A DNA stretch of 32,000 nucleotides from Propionibacterium ruminifibrarum (GCF_900289195.1 NZ_OMOH01000004.1:210001-242000), one strand, 5' to 3'. Shown: positions 9,062 to 17,989, numbered from the stretch's first letter. The notes: generated by a model from the letters alone, not told the origin. Numbers and translations are program-made.

Positions 9062-9424
9062 ATCGTGAAGAACCTGAAACCGGTCTACGGGGCTGCCGAT
9101 GCCACCGATGCCGGGCAGGCGTGTGAGGAGTTCACCGCCAAGTGGGGCAGACCTGCCTCGCGATCGTCCGGCTCTGGCGCGGCGCCTGGGGTCAGCAGAG
9201 CCCTGTTCCTGGACCACCGAACCTCGGGGAGCCGTAAGGTTCTCTGCCCTCTCGAACCCGAATCGAAAGCCTCAATGCCAGGTTCGGTCGCGCGGTGAGA
9301 GCGAGGAGCCACTCACCAGAACGAACTGGCCGCATTGAAACCTTGTCCCTGGCCGCCAGATCGCCCGCACCGTACCGCCCGGCCCCGGGGCGAGCACTCG
9401 CGCCAGGACTCGGAGGCCAAGGAT
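9062..9424 (+). pseudogene. IS256-family (mutator-type) transposase, degraded C-terminal fragment
   Basis: Pieces in three different frames read IVKNLKPVYGAADATDAGQACEEFTAKWG, AIVRLWRGAW, FLDH...RKVLC, IESLNARFGRAVRARSHSP, NELAALK and LSLAARS. These are colinear with the C-terminal third of IS256 transposases as I recall them (DLKAIY...FAEKWG..YPAIVRLWRNAW..FLDY..EIRRVI..TNAIESLNARFRRAVRARGHFPNEQAALKCLYLA). Several frameshifts and stops are present, and the N-terminal two thirds is absent. Confidence 0.65.
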
Positions 9425-9427
9425 GAA

Positions 9428-9467
9428 GAAGAGGGGCCGCGGAACGATCGTTCCGCGGCCCCTCTTC
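9428..9467 (-). terminator. Perfect 40-bp palindrome downstream of galE
   Basis: GAAGAGGGGCCGCGGAACGA|TCGTTCCGCGGCCCCTCTTC lies 10 nt past the galE stop. On the minus strand it is followed by TTCATCC. It could act bidirectionally. Confidence 0.6.
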
Positions 9468-9476
9468 TGGTTCGAG

Positions 9477-10445
9477 TCAGCCCTGGTGGGCCTTGCGGGC
9501 CGACCAGGCCGAGGCGACCATGTCGTCGAGGCTGTTGCGCATCTTCCAGTCGATGTCGCGGGCCGCGAGCTCGCCGCGGGCGACGATGCGGGCCGGGTCG
9601 CCGGGACGCCGGGGCGCGATCTCGGGGGTGAAGTCGATGCCGGTGACGCGGGCGATGGCCGCCATGATCTCACGCACCGACGAACCATTGCCCGAGCCCA
9701 GGTTGTAGGAGGGCTCCAGGGGGCGGCCGGCCATCATGGCCTCGGCCGCCGCCACGTGCGAGCGGGCCAGGTCGGCGACGTGGATGTAGTCGCGCACGCA
9801 GGTGCCGTCGGGCGTCGGGTAGTCGTCGCCGTTGATGCGCGGCGTCCGGCCCTCGAGGAGCATGTCGAAGACGATCGGGAACAGGTTGTGCGGGCTGGCG
9901 TCGTACAGCTCGTCCGTGCCGGAGCCGACCACGTTGAAGTAGCGCAGGTTCACCGACTGCCAGGCCTCGTCGACGGCGGCCATGTCCCTGTTGAGCCATT
10001 CGCCGATGAGTTTGGTCTCGCCGTAGGGCGACTCGGGGTGCAGCGGGGTGTCCTCGGTGACCGGGTCGGTCTCGGGCGTGCCGTAGACCGAGGCGGACGA
10101 GCTGAACACGTAGCGGTGGACGCCGGCCTCGCGCATGGCCCGCAGCAGCGAGACGGTGCCGGTGACGTTCTGCGTGTAGGTGTGCAGCGGGCGTGAGACG
10201 GACACGCCCGCGTACTTGAAGCCGGCCAGGTGGACGACGCCCTGGCAGGAGTGCTCGGTGAGCGCGCGGCGCACGAGAGCTGTGTCGAGGATGCTGCCCT
10301 GTACGAAGGGCACCTCGCGGGGTACGAAGTCGGCGAAACCGCTCGACAGGTCGTCGATGACGACCGGCTCGATACCTGCCTGCTGGAAGGCCCGCACGAT
10401 GTGCGAGCCGATGTACCCTGCCCCGCCAGTGACCAACCAGCTCAT
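9477..10445 (-). CDS. galE: UDP-glucose 4-epimerase
   Basis: True start is ATG at 10445, preceded by AGGAGG; the track ORF extends spuriously to 10706. Motifs: WLVTGGAGYIGSH Rossmann, catalytic SPYGETK (YxxxK), and RYFNVVGS. Length is about 322 aa. Confidence 0.9.
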   Translation of the reverse strand: MSWLVTGGAGYIGSHIVRAFQQAGIEPVVIDDLSSGFADFVPREVPFVQGSILDTALVRRALTEHSCQGVVHLAGFKYAGVSVSRPLHTYTQNVTGTVSLLRAMREAGVHRYVFSSSASVYGTPETDPVTEDTPLHPESPYGETKLIGEWLNRDMAAVDEAWQSVNLRYFNVVGSGTDELYDASPHNLFPIVFDMLLEGRTPRINGDDYPTPDGTCVRDYIHVADLARSHVAAAEAMMAGRPLEPSYNLGSGNGSSVREIMAAIARVTGIDFTPEIAPRRPGDPARIVARGELAARDIDWKMRNSLDDMVASAWSARKAHQG

Positions 10446-10723
10446 GAATCCTCCTTGCGCGCCTGTCGGACGGGCCGACGCTTCGCCCTCGGCCGAGCCT
10501 ACCGAGTGTCTGCCCTCCGCCGGCAGTGACGCACCCATGTGCTTCTCACTGACCAATCCATCCCCGGCATGTCCGCGACATGTGAATTCACTCGCGGCAT
10601 CCTGTGAAACGCCTCTGGAATGGGCCTGGCAGGCGCGAATGCCACGACCGCGCCCTTGCTGCGGGCTAATGTTCCCGAACAACAGAACAGCGGCGAGGCT
10701 GTTCACGGACGCAAGGAGTCCTC

Positions 10724-11719
10724 ATGTGCACGGGAATCAGGTTCACGGACAGTGACGGGAACATGTACTTCGGGCGCAACCTGGACTGGAGCACCTCGTA
10801 CGGTGAGCATGTCGTCATCGTGCCGAAGGGCTTCCCGTCCGATTGGGCGTTCATGGCCGACGCCCCGGCCGGCCACGCGGTGATCGGCATGGGCATCGTC
10901 TACGAGAATCACCCGCTGTACTTCGACTGCGGCAACGACGCGGGCCTGGCCGTCGCCGGGCTGAACTTCCCCGGCTACGCCCAGTACGAGGACGCCCCCG
11001 TCGAGGGCCGGACCAATGTGGCCGCCTACGAGTTCCCGCTGTGGGTCGCCTCGACGTTCTCCACCGTGGACGAGGTCGAGGCCGCCCTCGCCGACACCGC
11101 CATCGTGGGCAGGCCCGTGAGCGAGAACCTGGACGTGTCCCTGCTGCACTGGATCATCGGCGACGGGCAACGCAGCATCGTCGTGGAGTACATGGCGGAC
11201 GGCATGCACGTCCACCATGACACCGTCGACACGCTGGCGAACCAGCCGGCCTTCGACTGGCACCTGGAGAACCTGCGCAGCTACATCACGGCGACGGGCG
11301 GCCTGCCCGAGCCCGCCCACTGGCGGGACGCCGAGCTCGCCCCCTACGGCTCGGGGGCTGGGATGCGGGGCATCCCGGGCGACTACTACTCGCCGTCACG
11401 CTTCGTCAAGGCGGCCTTCCTCAACGCCCACTACCCGACCAAGGACACCGAGGCCGAGAACGTGGCCCGCCTGTTCCACACCCTGGGGAACGTGTCCATG
11501 GTCGACGGCGCGGCGCTCATGGCGAACGGCGCCTACGAACGCACCCTGTACACCAGCTGCTTCTCGGCCAGCACCGGCACCTACTACTACTCGACCTACG
11601 ACGAACCGGCCCTGCGCCGCGTCCGTCTGGGCGACCACGCCGACGCCGACCCGGGGCGCCTGCTGGAGCTCGACCCGCAGCCCGGGGCGATCTCGGCGAC
11701 CATTCGTCGTGTGTTCTGA
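10724..11719 (+). CDS. Choloylglycine hydrolase family (bile salt hydrolase / penicillin V acylase-like Ntn hydrolase)
   Basis: 331-aa ORF beginning MCTGIRF, with the Cys2 nucleophile exposed after Met removal. Has the FGRNLDW motif and AAGGAG upstream. Confidence 0.85.
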   Translation: MCTGIRFTDSDGNMYFGRNLDWSTSYGEHVVIVPKGFPSDWAFMADAPAGHAVIGMGIVYENHPLYFDCGNDAGLAVAGLNFPGYAQYEDAPVEGRTNVAAYEFPLWVASTFSTVDEVEAALADTAIVGRPVSENLDVSLLHWIIGDGQRSIVVEYMADGMHVHHDTVDTLANQPAFDWHLENLRSYITATGGLPEPAHWRDAELAPYGSGAGMRGIPGDYYSPSRFVKAAFLNAHYPTKDTEAENVARLFHTLGNVSMVDGAALMANGAYERTLYTSCFSASTGTYYYSTYDEPALRRVRLGDHADADPGRLLELDPQPGAISATIRRVF

Positions 11720-11751
11720 TGGGGGTGACTCCACCAGAACACACGACGAAT
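11702..11751 (+). terminator. 17-bp inverted repeat spanning the hydrolase stop codon
   Basis: ATTCGTCGTGTGTTCTG (11702-11718) pairs with CAGAACACACGACGAAT (11735-11751) around a 16-nt loop, in a convergent intergenic region. Confidence 0.4.
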
Positions 11752-11890
11752 CGCCAATGACCCGGGCCTTGTCCGGGGCCTGCGACCTGGGTCCAGCAGG
11801 CGGCGCCACCGGCGGTGGCCCCTGGCGCCGGGACAGGAGGGGCACGTCGTCCACGTCGAGCGATCTGTGGCGCTCCCCTCTGCCTGGAGC

Positions 11891-12679
11891 CTACCCGGTG
11901 CCACCGCCGCATCCCGGTTCCGGCAGGCGGGCGAAGACGACCCGGTCGTCCAGCAGCTGGTAGAGCTGGCCGGTCTCGGTGAACCCGGCGGCGCGCAGGG
12001 CGGCCACATGGAAATCCAGGCTCACCTTCACCGTGGGGTGGTCGTCGGCCCAGACCCTCTCGCGTTCAGCGGCCTCCTGCTCCCAGCCGGGCATGCCGGT
12101 GGCGGCCGCCCACCACTCGTCCCAGCCCATCACACCGCCATCGGCCACCGCGTCCTGCTGGAACGCCGCCCTCGCCGCCGGGGCGTATGCCGCCAGCCAG
12201 GGCGTGTGCTGCGCGTCGTAAAACAGGTGGTCGGCGTTCATGAACAGCGCGCCGGGCCCCAGCAGGTGCGGCAGGCGCTGGTAAAGCGCCACCAGGTCGT
12301 CCGGGTCCAGCCAGTGCAGGGCGGTCGCGCTGAAGGCGGCGTCGTACGGTCCGGCGGGGAGGCGGTCGGGCAGGTCGGGTGCGGTGAGGTCCGCCTCGAT
12401 GATCCGCAGCCGGTCGCCGTACCGGTTCGTCTCGCGTGCCAGGCGCAGCAGTACCGGGTCGCAGTCGACGGCCACGGCCTCGCCATCGGGCAGCACGGCC
12501 AGGGCAGCGGACGCCAGGCTGGCCGGGCCGCCGCCCAGATCGAGCAGCCGCAGCGGACGCGCCCTCTCCTCGCGCAGCCGAACGAGGGCGTCCGTGATCA
12601 TGCGGGTGCGCAGCTCGCGGAACTCGATGAAGGCGGTCTGTTGCCGGTGCCAGGCCTCGAGTAGTTCGTTCGGGGTCAT
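11891..12679 (-). CDS. Class I SAM-dependent methyltransferase
   Basis: 262-aa ORF with motif I LLDLGGGPASLA and a post-I acidic residue (AVDCD). Its ATG overlaps the stop of the upstream ABC ATPase gene (ATGA at 12676-12679). Confidence 0.75.
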   Translation of the reverse strand: MTPNELLEAWHRQQTAFIEFRELRTRMITDALVRLREERARPLRLLDLGGGPASLASAALAVLPDGEAVAVDCDPVLLRLARETNRYGDRLRIIEADLTAPDLPDRLPAGPYDAAFSATALHWLDPDDLVALYQRLPHLLGPGALFMNADHLFYDAQHTPWLAAYAPAARAAFQQDAVADGGVMGWDEWWAAATGMPGWEQEAAERERVWADDHPTVKVSLDFHVAALRAAGFTETGQLYQLLDDRVVFARLPEPGCGGGTG

Positions 12680-13476
12680 CTGTTTCCTTCCTCGTCGGGT
12701 GTTTCCCCGGCCGCGTCCCGGGGCTCGGAGTCGAAGAGCAGATAGGGCCTGCCCCGGTGCTCGACGCGGTCCACGCGCATCCGGTAGACGGGAGCGATCC
12801 GTTCGGGGGTCAGCACGTCGGCCGGCTCGCCCGAGGCCACCACGTGTCCGTCGGCCAGCAGCATCACCTCGTCGCAGAAGCGCGCCGCCATGTTGAGGTC
12901 GTGCAACACGATCACCGTCGTGCAGTCGAGCTCACGCACGAGCTCCAGCAGGGCGAACTGATGGCGCAGGTCCAGATGGTTCGTCGGCTCGTCGAGCAGC
13001 AGATGGCTGGCCTGCTGGGCGATCGCCCGGGCCACCATCGCCCGCTGCCGCTCCCCGCCGGAGATGCGCGTGACGAGCCGGTCGGCCAGCCCGGTGAGTT
13101 CGACCCTGCCCAGCGCCTCGTCCACCAGGGCGGCGTCCGCGTCATTGCCGTAGTCGAACATCGTGCTGGTCGCGAGCCGCCCCAGGGCGACGCTGTCGCG
13201 CACCGTCAGCGGGAGCACCGCCTCGTTCTCCTGGGCGACCACCGCCACGCGGCGGGCGATCTCGCGGCGCGACAGGCCGGTGACGTCGTCGCCGTCGATG
13301 AGCACCCGGCCCCCGGCCACCCGCAGCGCCCGGTTGAGCGACAGCAGGAACGTGGTCTTGCCCGAGCCGTTCGGCCCGACGACGCCCACCACCTGGCCGG
13401 GGTTCACGGTCAGGTTCATCCCGTGGCAGATGGTCCGGCCGCCCCGGTCGATGGTGACGTCCTCGGCCTGGATCAC
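12676..13476 (-). CDS. ABC transporter ATP-binding protein (metal-chelate/FecE-type)
   Basis: Walker A GPNGSGKTT, signature ISGGERQR, Walker B LLLDEPTNHLD. I chose the GTG start at 13476 because it overlaps the binding-protein gene's stop (GTGA). The track ORF's N-terminal extension to 13674 is R/G/P-rich. Confidence 0.85.
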   Translation of the reverse strand: MIQAEDVTIDRGGRTICHGMNLTVNPGQVVGVVGPNGSGKTTFLLSLNRALRVAGGRVLIDGDDVTGLSRREIARRVAVVAQENEAVLPLTVRDSVALGRLATSTMFDYGNDADAALVDEALGRVELTGLADRLVTRISGGERQRAMVARAIAQQASHLLLDEPTNHLDLRHQFALLELVRELDCTTVIVLHDLNMAARFCDEVMLLADGHVVASGEPADVLTPERIAPVYRMRVDRVEHRGRPYLLFDSEPRDAAGETPDEEGNR

Positions 13477-14474
13477 CGTGCCTCGCCGATGAGCTGCGAC
13501 AGGCGCACGGCGCCCTGCACCGACAACGTGTTCGGCGGGTCGGTCAGCCGGAAGGGCAGGACGAGCACGTGGCCGTCCTTGACCGCCTGCAGGTCGGCGG
13601 CCCCGTTGAGACCCATGAGGGTCTCGGTGAGCTGCTCGGTCGTCGTGCCGGCGTCGCCCATGAGGACGATCCACTGCGGGTTGCGGTCGAGCAGGTCCTC
13701 CATCGAGGCGTCGAAGACGCGTTCCTGGGTGTCCTCGTAGGTGTTCTTCAGCCCGTTCGCCTCGAAGATCGGCTGGACCATGGAGGGCGTGCCGTAGGCG
13801 TAGAAGACGTCCGACCCGGGTGTGAGGTACAGCGCCGCGGCGCTCTGGCCGGCAGCCGAGGTCTGCTCGATGTCGTCGAGCCGGGCGCGGACGCCGTCCA
13901 TGAGGGCGGGCACCTTGTCGGAGACGCCGAAGATCGTGGCGGTCTTGGTGACCTCGTCCTCGACGTTGTCCCAGGTGGCGTGTTCCAGGGTCAGCTCGTC
14001 GCAGAAGGCATCCGGGGCGTAGAGCGGCACCCCCGCCTCGCGGAGCGCGTCGCGTTCGACGCCGCTGTCGTAGCCGATGACCAGGTCGGGGCGCACCGAC
14101 AAGACGGCCTCGGTGGAGACGACGCGACCACCCGTGGCGTTGCCACTCGACTCGATCTCGGGGATGGCCTCGATCCGGCTCTGCAGATCGGGGTCGGCGT
14201 CCTGGAGGCCGGGGTCACCGGCGCGGGCGACGACATGGTCCATGAGGTCGAGGTCCTTGAGGATCGAGGCGCTGGTCCCGCCGATGATGACGACGCGCTC
14301 GGGCGCGGAGTCGAAGTGCAGGGTCTCGGTGCAACTGGTGACCTCGGCGGGGAAACCGGCGGCGCCGGCGGCCTCGCGCGCCGACGAGGCCGCCCGGTCG
14401 GCTGCGGACGAGCCGCAGGCCGTGAGCATCATCGTCGCGGCCAGTGCCGCGACGGCGGGTGCGAGTCTCTTCAT
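13473..14474 (-). CDS. ABC transporter substrate-binding lipoprotein (metal-chelate/siderophore/cobalamin class)
   Basis: Signal peptide with lipobox (AATMMLTAC), AAGGAAGGA RBS, RPDLVIGY-type motif, and operon context with a FecCD permease. Confidence 0.8.
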   Translation of the reverse strand: MKRLAPAVAALAATMMLTACGSSAADRAASSAREAAGAAGFPAEVTSCTETLHFDSAPERVVIIGGTSASILKDLDLMDHVVARAGDPGLQDADPDLQSRIEAIPEIESSGNATGGRVVSTEAVLSVRPDLVIGYDSGVERDALREAGVPLYAPDAFCDELTLEHATWDNVEDEVTKTATIFGVSDKVPALMDGVRARLDDIEQTSAAGQSAAALYLTPGSDVFYAYGTPSMVQPIFEANGLKNTYEDTQERVFDASMEDLLDRNPQWIVLMGDAGTTTEQLTETLMGLNGAADLQAVKDGHVLVLPFRLTDPPNTLSVQGAVRLSQLIGEAR

Positions 14475-14525
14475 GAGTTCCTTCCTTGTTGGTTCGCGGT
14501 GGTTTTGTGAGGCTGAGCCAGCAGG

Positions 14526-15638
14526 TCACCACGTGGCCCGGCTCCGGCGGATGATGACGATGAGGAAGGGGGCCCCGACGAGCCCCGTGATGACGCCGAG
14601 CGGCAGTTCGGCCGGTGCGAAGACGATGCGGGCCACCGTGTCGGTCCACACGCAGAACAGCGCGGCGGCCAGCGCCGTGCCGATGACGAGCAGGCGGTGC
14701 GAATGCCCGATGAACGAGCGCATCAGGTGGGGGATGATGAGGCCGATGAAACCGATCCCGCCGGCCCCGGCGACGGCGATGGCGACGGCCGCCGACACGG
14801 GAATGAGCAGGCCGATGCGCACCCGCCCCGGCTCGATGCCCACCGACTGGGCGGTGCGGTCGCCACTGGCCAGGGCGTCGAGCACGGGCCCCAGAACGGC
14901 CATGGCGATGACGAGGACGACGGCGGTGACGATCATGCGCGGCAGGTCGCCGTTGCCGATGCGGGCCATCGAGCCGAGCATCCAGAAGGTCACGGCCTGG
15001 CCGGCCTCGGCCGAGTCGGCCGAGAAGATGATGAGATTCGTCAACGCCTGGAAACCGAAGCCGACGGCCAGGCCGCCGAGCACCAGGTGCAGCGGGCTGT
15101 GGGTCCGGCCCGCCACGGCGAGCACGGCCGCAGTCGCCAGGGCGGCGCCGGCGAAGGCCAGCAGGCCGACCCCCGTGCCCGAGGAGATGCCGAGCACGAT
15201 CATGGCGAGTGCCGCACCGGTCGAGGCGCCCGAGCTCACCCCCAGCACGTAGGGCTCGGCCAGCGGGTTGCGGACGATCGCCTGCATGACGACACCCGAC
15301 ACGCCGAGGATCGCGCCGACGGTCATGGCGCCGATGATGCGCGGCAGCCGGGTCTGCCAGACGATGGCGTCGGTCGTCCGGTCCCAGGTGATCTCGACGG
15401 GCAGGGAGGGCACGTGGCTGGCGATGACGCCGAAGACGTCGTGCAGGGGCACCGCGGCCGGCCCCATGGCGATGGTGAGTGCCGGTGAGAGGGCGAGAAG
15501 CACAGTGAGAAGGACGATCCGGCGCACCGTCGCGACGCGCCGCGATCGGGCCGCCGCCCGAGCCGTCGGTATCACGGCCTCCGACGCTCCGCTCGGGTTA
15601 TCGGCTGGTGCACCGCGTCGGTGCTGGAGTGCGCTCAT
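14526..15638 (-). CDS. FecCD/BtuC-family ABC transporter permease
   Basis: 370-aa polytopic ORF with RLPRIIGAMTVGAILGVSGVVMQAIVRNPLAEPYVLGVSSGAS, typical of iron-chelate permeases. Confidence 0.85.
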   Translation of the reverse strand: MSALQHRRGAPADNPSGASEAVIPTARAAARSRRVATVRRIVLLTVLLALSPALTIAMGPAAVPLHDVFGVIASHVPSLPVEITWDRTTDAIVWQTRLPRIIGAMTVGAILGVSGVVMQAIVRNPLAEPYVLGVSSGASTGAALAMIVLGISSGTGVGLLAFAGAALATAAVLAVAGRTHSPLHLVLGGLAVGFGFQALTNLIIFSADSAEAGQAVTFWMLGSMARIGNGDLPRMIVTAVVLVIAMAVLGPVLDALASGDRTAQSVGIEPGRVRIGLLIPVSAAVAIAVAGAGGIGFIGLIIPHLMRSFIGHSHRLLVIGTALAAALFCVWTDTVARIVFAPAELPLGVITGLVGAPFLIVIIRRSRATW

Positions 15639-15690
15639 GTCTTCTTCCGTTGGTCACGCGAGGATCGCTACCCGTCCTTCGTCACGGAGC

Positions 15691-15725
15691 ACAACTATGC
15701 TAAATAAGAATCATTCGCACAAATC
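15691..15725 (-). promoter_or_regulatory. Candidate promoter plus metalloregulator operator of the ABC operon
   Basis: An AT-rich island in GC-rich DNA. The minus strand reads TTGTGC-(17 nt GAATGATTCTTATTTAG)-CATAGT, about 56 nt upstream of the permease ATG. The spacer AATGATTCTTATT is an imperfect palindrome resembling Fur/Zur-type boxes. Confidence 0.35.
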
Positions 15726-16094
15726 CAGGATGACCCTGTACACGGCTCCGCAACGGCAGACAGCGGCCAGGCCCAGTCCGTACACGGTGACCCGACGGCC
15801 GACGCCCGTGTTGCCCGCGGTGGTGCGGCAGCTGGAGCTCACCATTGATGGACCGAGCCGACGGACTCACTGTCGCACATGACCCGGCCAGAACCCCATG
15901 TCATGGGCCAGTGAGAAGCTCACGGACCACGAGTTCGGGACCCGGGCCGCCGTGTCCGCACCGACGCGGCGGCGCAGAACAGAACAACGGACTGGCCGCG
16001 TCCCGCCCGTCTTTCGCGCATCGGTCCGCGGCCGGCGGGGCGCCCGCAGCCCCCGACTCCGGCAGAAGACGGCTCCTGCCGCGCACGGGCCGGG

Positions 16095-17006
16095 TCAGAC
16101 CGGCTCGGCGACGACCTGGGGGACGCCGGGCGCGGCACTGCGCTCAACGGCGCTGCGGTCGGTGGCCACGACGAGAACGGCGATCGCCCACACCATGAGC
16201 AGCACGACGGCCGCGGGGACGAGGGCCCCCTGGGGCAACCCCAGGCTGCTGAACAACTGCCCCAGGTTCGTCATGACGATCGCCCCGCCCACGAGGGCAC
16301 CCATGATCTTCGGCGGGATCCGGCTCACGAGCCATGCGGCGATCGGAGCGGCGACCAGGCCGCCGGCGAGCAGCACCAGGACATGGGTCAGTCGCACTCC
16401 GGAGCCGCCCAGGCCGACGATGAAGCCCGCCGAGGCGGCCAGCGACACCAGGAACTCCGAGGTGTCCACCGAGCCGATGACCGTGCGCGGCGAGGTGCGT
16501 CCGGCGCTCACCAGGGCCGTGGTCGAGACCGGCCCCCAGCCGCCACCGCCGGTGGCGTCCACGAACCCGCCGAGCAGCCCGAGCGGGACGAGGAAGCGCC
16601 GGCCGTGCGGGGAGACGCGGGACTCGCTGACGGCGGCGCCGCGACGCCGGAAGGAGCGGAACAGGATGAACAGCCCGAGCCCCACCAGGAGGAGGGCCAT
16701 CACGGGTCTGGCCGCCTCAGTCGACAGGCTGGACAACACGGTGGCACCGAGGAACGCGCCGACGGCCCCGGGGACGCCCAGCCGCAGCACGAGCCACCAG
16801 TCGACGTTGCGCAGCCGCCAGTGCGAGACCCCGGAGGCCACGGTGGTGCCGAGTTCGGCCATGTGCACCGAGGCGCTGGCCGTGGCCGGTGTCAGGCCGC
16901 CCGCGAGCAGCACCGAGGTGGAGGTGACGCCGTAGCCCATGCCCAGTGATCCGTCGATCAGCTGGGCGGCGAGACCGGCCGCGGCGAGAAGAACGAGTTG
17001 CTTCAT
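16095..17006 (-). CDS. TauE/SafE-family sulfite/anion exporter
   Basis: Start is ATG at 17006 (AAGGAA upstream); the track ORF extends further. Multi-TM protein with the N-terminal LIDGSLGMGYGVTS motif typical of the family. Confidence 0.8.
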   Translation of the reverse strand: MKQLVLLAAAGLAAQLIDGSLGMGYGVTSTSVLLAGGLTPATASASVHMAELGTTVASGVSHWRLRNVDWWLVLRLGVPGAVGAFLGATVLSSLSTEAARPVMALLLVGLGLFILFRSFRRRGAAVSESRVSPHGRRFLVPLGLLGGFVDATGGGGWGPVSTTALVSAGRTSPRTVIGSVDTSEFLVSLAASAGFIVGLGGSGVRLTHVLVLLAGGLVAAPIAAWLVSRIPPKIMGALVGGAIVMTNLGQLFSSLGLPQGALVPAAVVLLMVWAIAVLVVATDRSAVERSAAPGVPQVVAEPV

Positions 17007-17398
17007 CTGAGGATTCCTTGCCCGAGTTCCTGAAGGAGTACGTGGAAGGGCCACGGACGGAATCACTGCTGCTGAAGGAGATGGAAGGACCACGACATGG
17101 TCGTCTTCCCGCTGCCCGCCCGGCCCGGGCAGCCGCGAGGGGAACGGCTGCGGTCAGAGGCGAGGAGTACGACAGGCCATCGCGGCGACACGCACCAGGT
17201 CGATGTGGCGCCGGACGACGAGACGAAGCATGACACGAGGGTATCGCCCCGGGCCCCGGTCGGGCAATGCGGAGCATCCCCGACGGCGGGCGTCGGGCGC
17301 GTGGCGTTGCTAGGGTTCACTCATCACCGGGCCGGTTCGCGTGGCATGGCACGGCGGCCGGATCCCGACCACCGATCGTCTGACTCCAAGGGGAGGAC

Positions 17399-17983
17399 AT
17401 GCTCGGAACCAGGTACCCCCGCGTGGGCCGGGCAGTGGCGTTGTCGTCGCTGGCGGCGGTGCTCTGCGCGACCGCGTGCACGCCCTCCCCCTCGCCTCGT
17501 CCCCAGCGTTCGGGCAGCGGCTCGGCCGCCCCGGCGAGCAGCGCGGCCTACGACTACTCCCCCTTCACCGAGCAGACCTACGAGCAGGTCGAGGTGAGCG
17601 ACGACCCCACCCGGGTCACCCGCTTCCTGCCCGAGCTGAACGTCTCGCAGGCCCACTCGATGATCGCCAGCCGGGAGAGCCCCCGCGAAATCCCCGGCCC
17701 CGACCCCCAGTACTGGATGAACGCGGTAGTCACACTCGAACAGGACTCGGTCGAGGCGCTGGCTGAACGCGTCGATCCCCACGAGTTGAGCACGCTGCCC
17801 GCCCTCGCCCCCGAGCTCCAGCAGTACGTCCCGGAGGGCTGCACCTTCACCCGGCTGCCGCTGAAGAACGCGACGCCCGTCACAGGTGCCACGCCGGCCA
17901 GCGCCGACAGTTTCCAGCTCACCGCGTTCTCGCTGTCGACCGGCTGCTCGACGGCGATCATCATGGCCGAGATCGTCTACTGA
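17399..17983 (+). CDS. Hypothetical secreted lipoprotein
   Basis: AAGGGGAGG RBS. Signal-like N-terminus with Cys (LAAVLCATAC) followed by an S/P-rich linker. No family recognised. Confidence 0.55.
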   Translation: MLGTRYPRVGRAVALSSLAAVLCATACTPSPSPRPQRSGSGSAAPASSAAYDYSPFTEQTYEQVEVSDDPTRVTRFLPELNVSQAHSMIASRESPREIPGPDPQYWMNAVVTLEQDSVEALAERVDPHELSTLPALAPELQQYVPEGCTFTRLPLKNATPVTGATPASADSFQLTAFSLSTGCSTAIIMAEIVY

Positions 17984-17989
17984 GCGGCC

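Noticed and set aside
7160-9217. A stack of minus- and plus-strand ORFs (371, 182, 181, 161, 158, 135, 111 aa and others) with recurring peptides MEPHLFRWGN, QWSPTYSGGET, LNGAPPIQVGK and FPHLNRWGSIEA
   Set aside because: The recurring peptides are the 36-bp CRISPR repeat translated in different frames. The periodicity equals the repeat-spacer unit, so this is not a repeat protein.
9465-9480. GGTTCGAGTC, resembling a tRNA T-arm
   Set aside because: No acceptor, D or anticodon stems can be drawn around it. It sits between the palindromic terminator and the galE stop.
10582-10591. 10-bp perfect palindrome GTGAATTCAC (within ATGTGAATTCACTCGC) in the galE/hydrolase divergent region, as a CRP/GlxR-type site
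   Set aside because: The half-site spacing does not fit TGTGA-N6-TCACA. A single short palindrome is expected by chance, so the evidence is insufficient.
15760-16094. 335 bp of unassigned sequence between the ABC operon promoter and the tauE stop, with small ORFs (50-117 aa) and a repeated GTACACGG
   Set aside because: The ORFs are R/P/G/A-rich without RBS or motifs. No RNA family signature (tRNA, tmRNA, RNase P, SRP, B12-box) was recognisable, so it is left unannotated.
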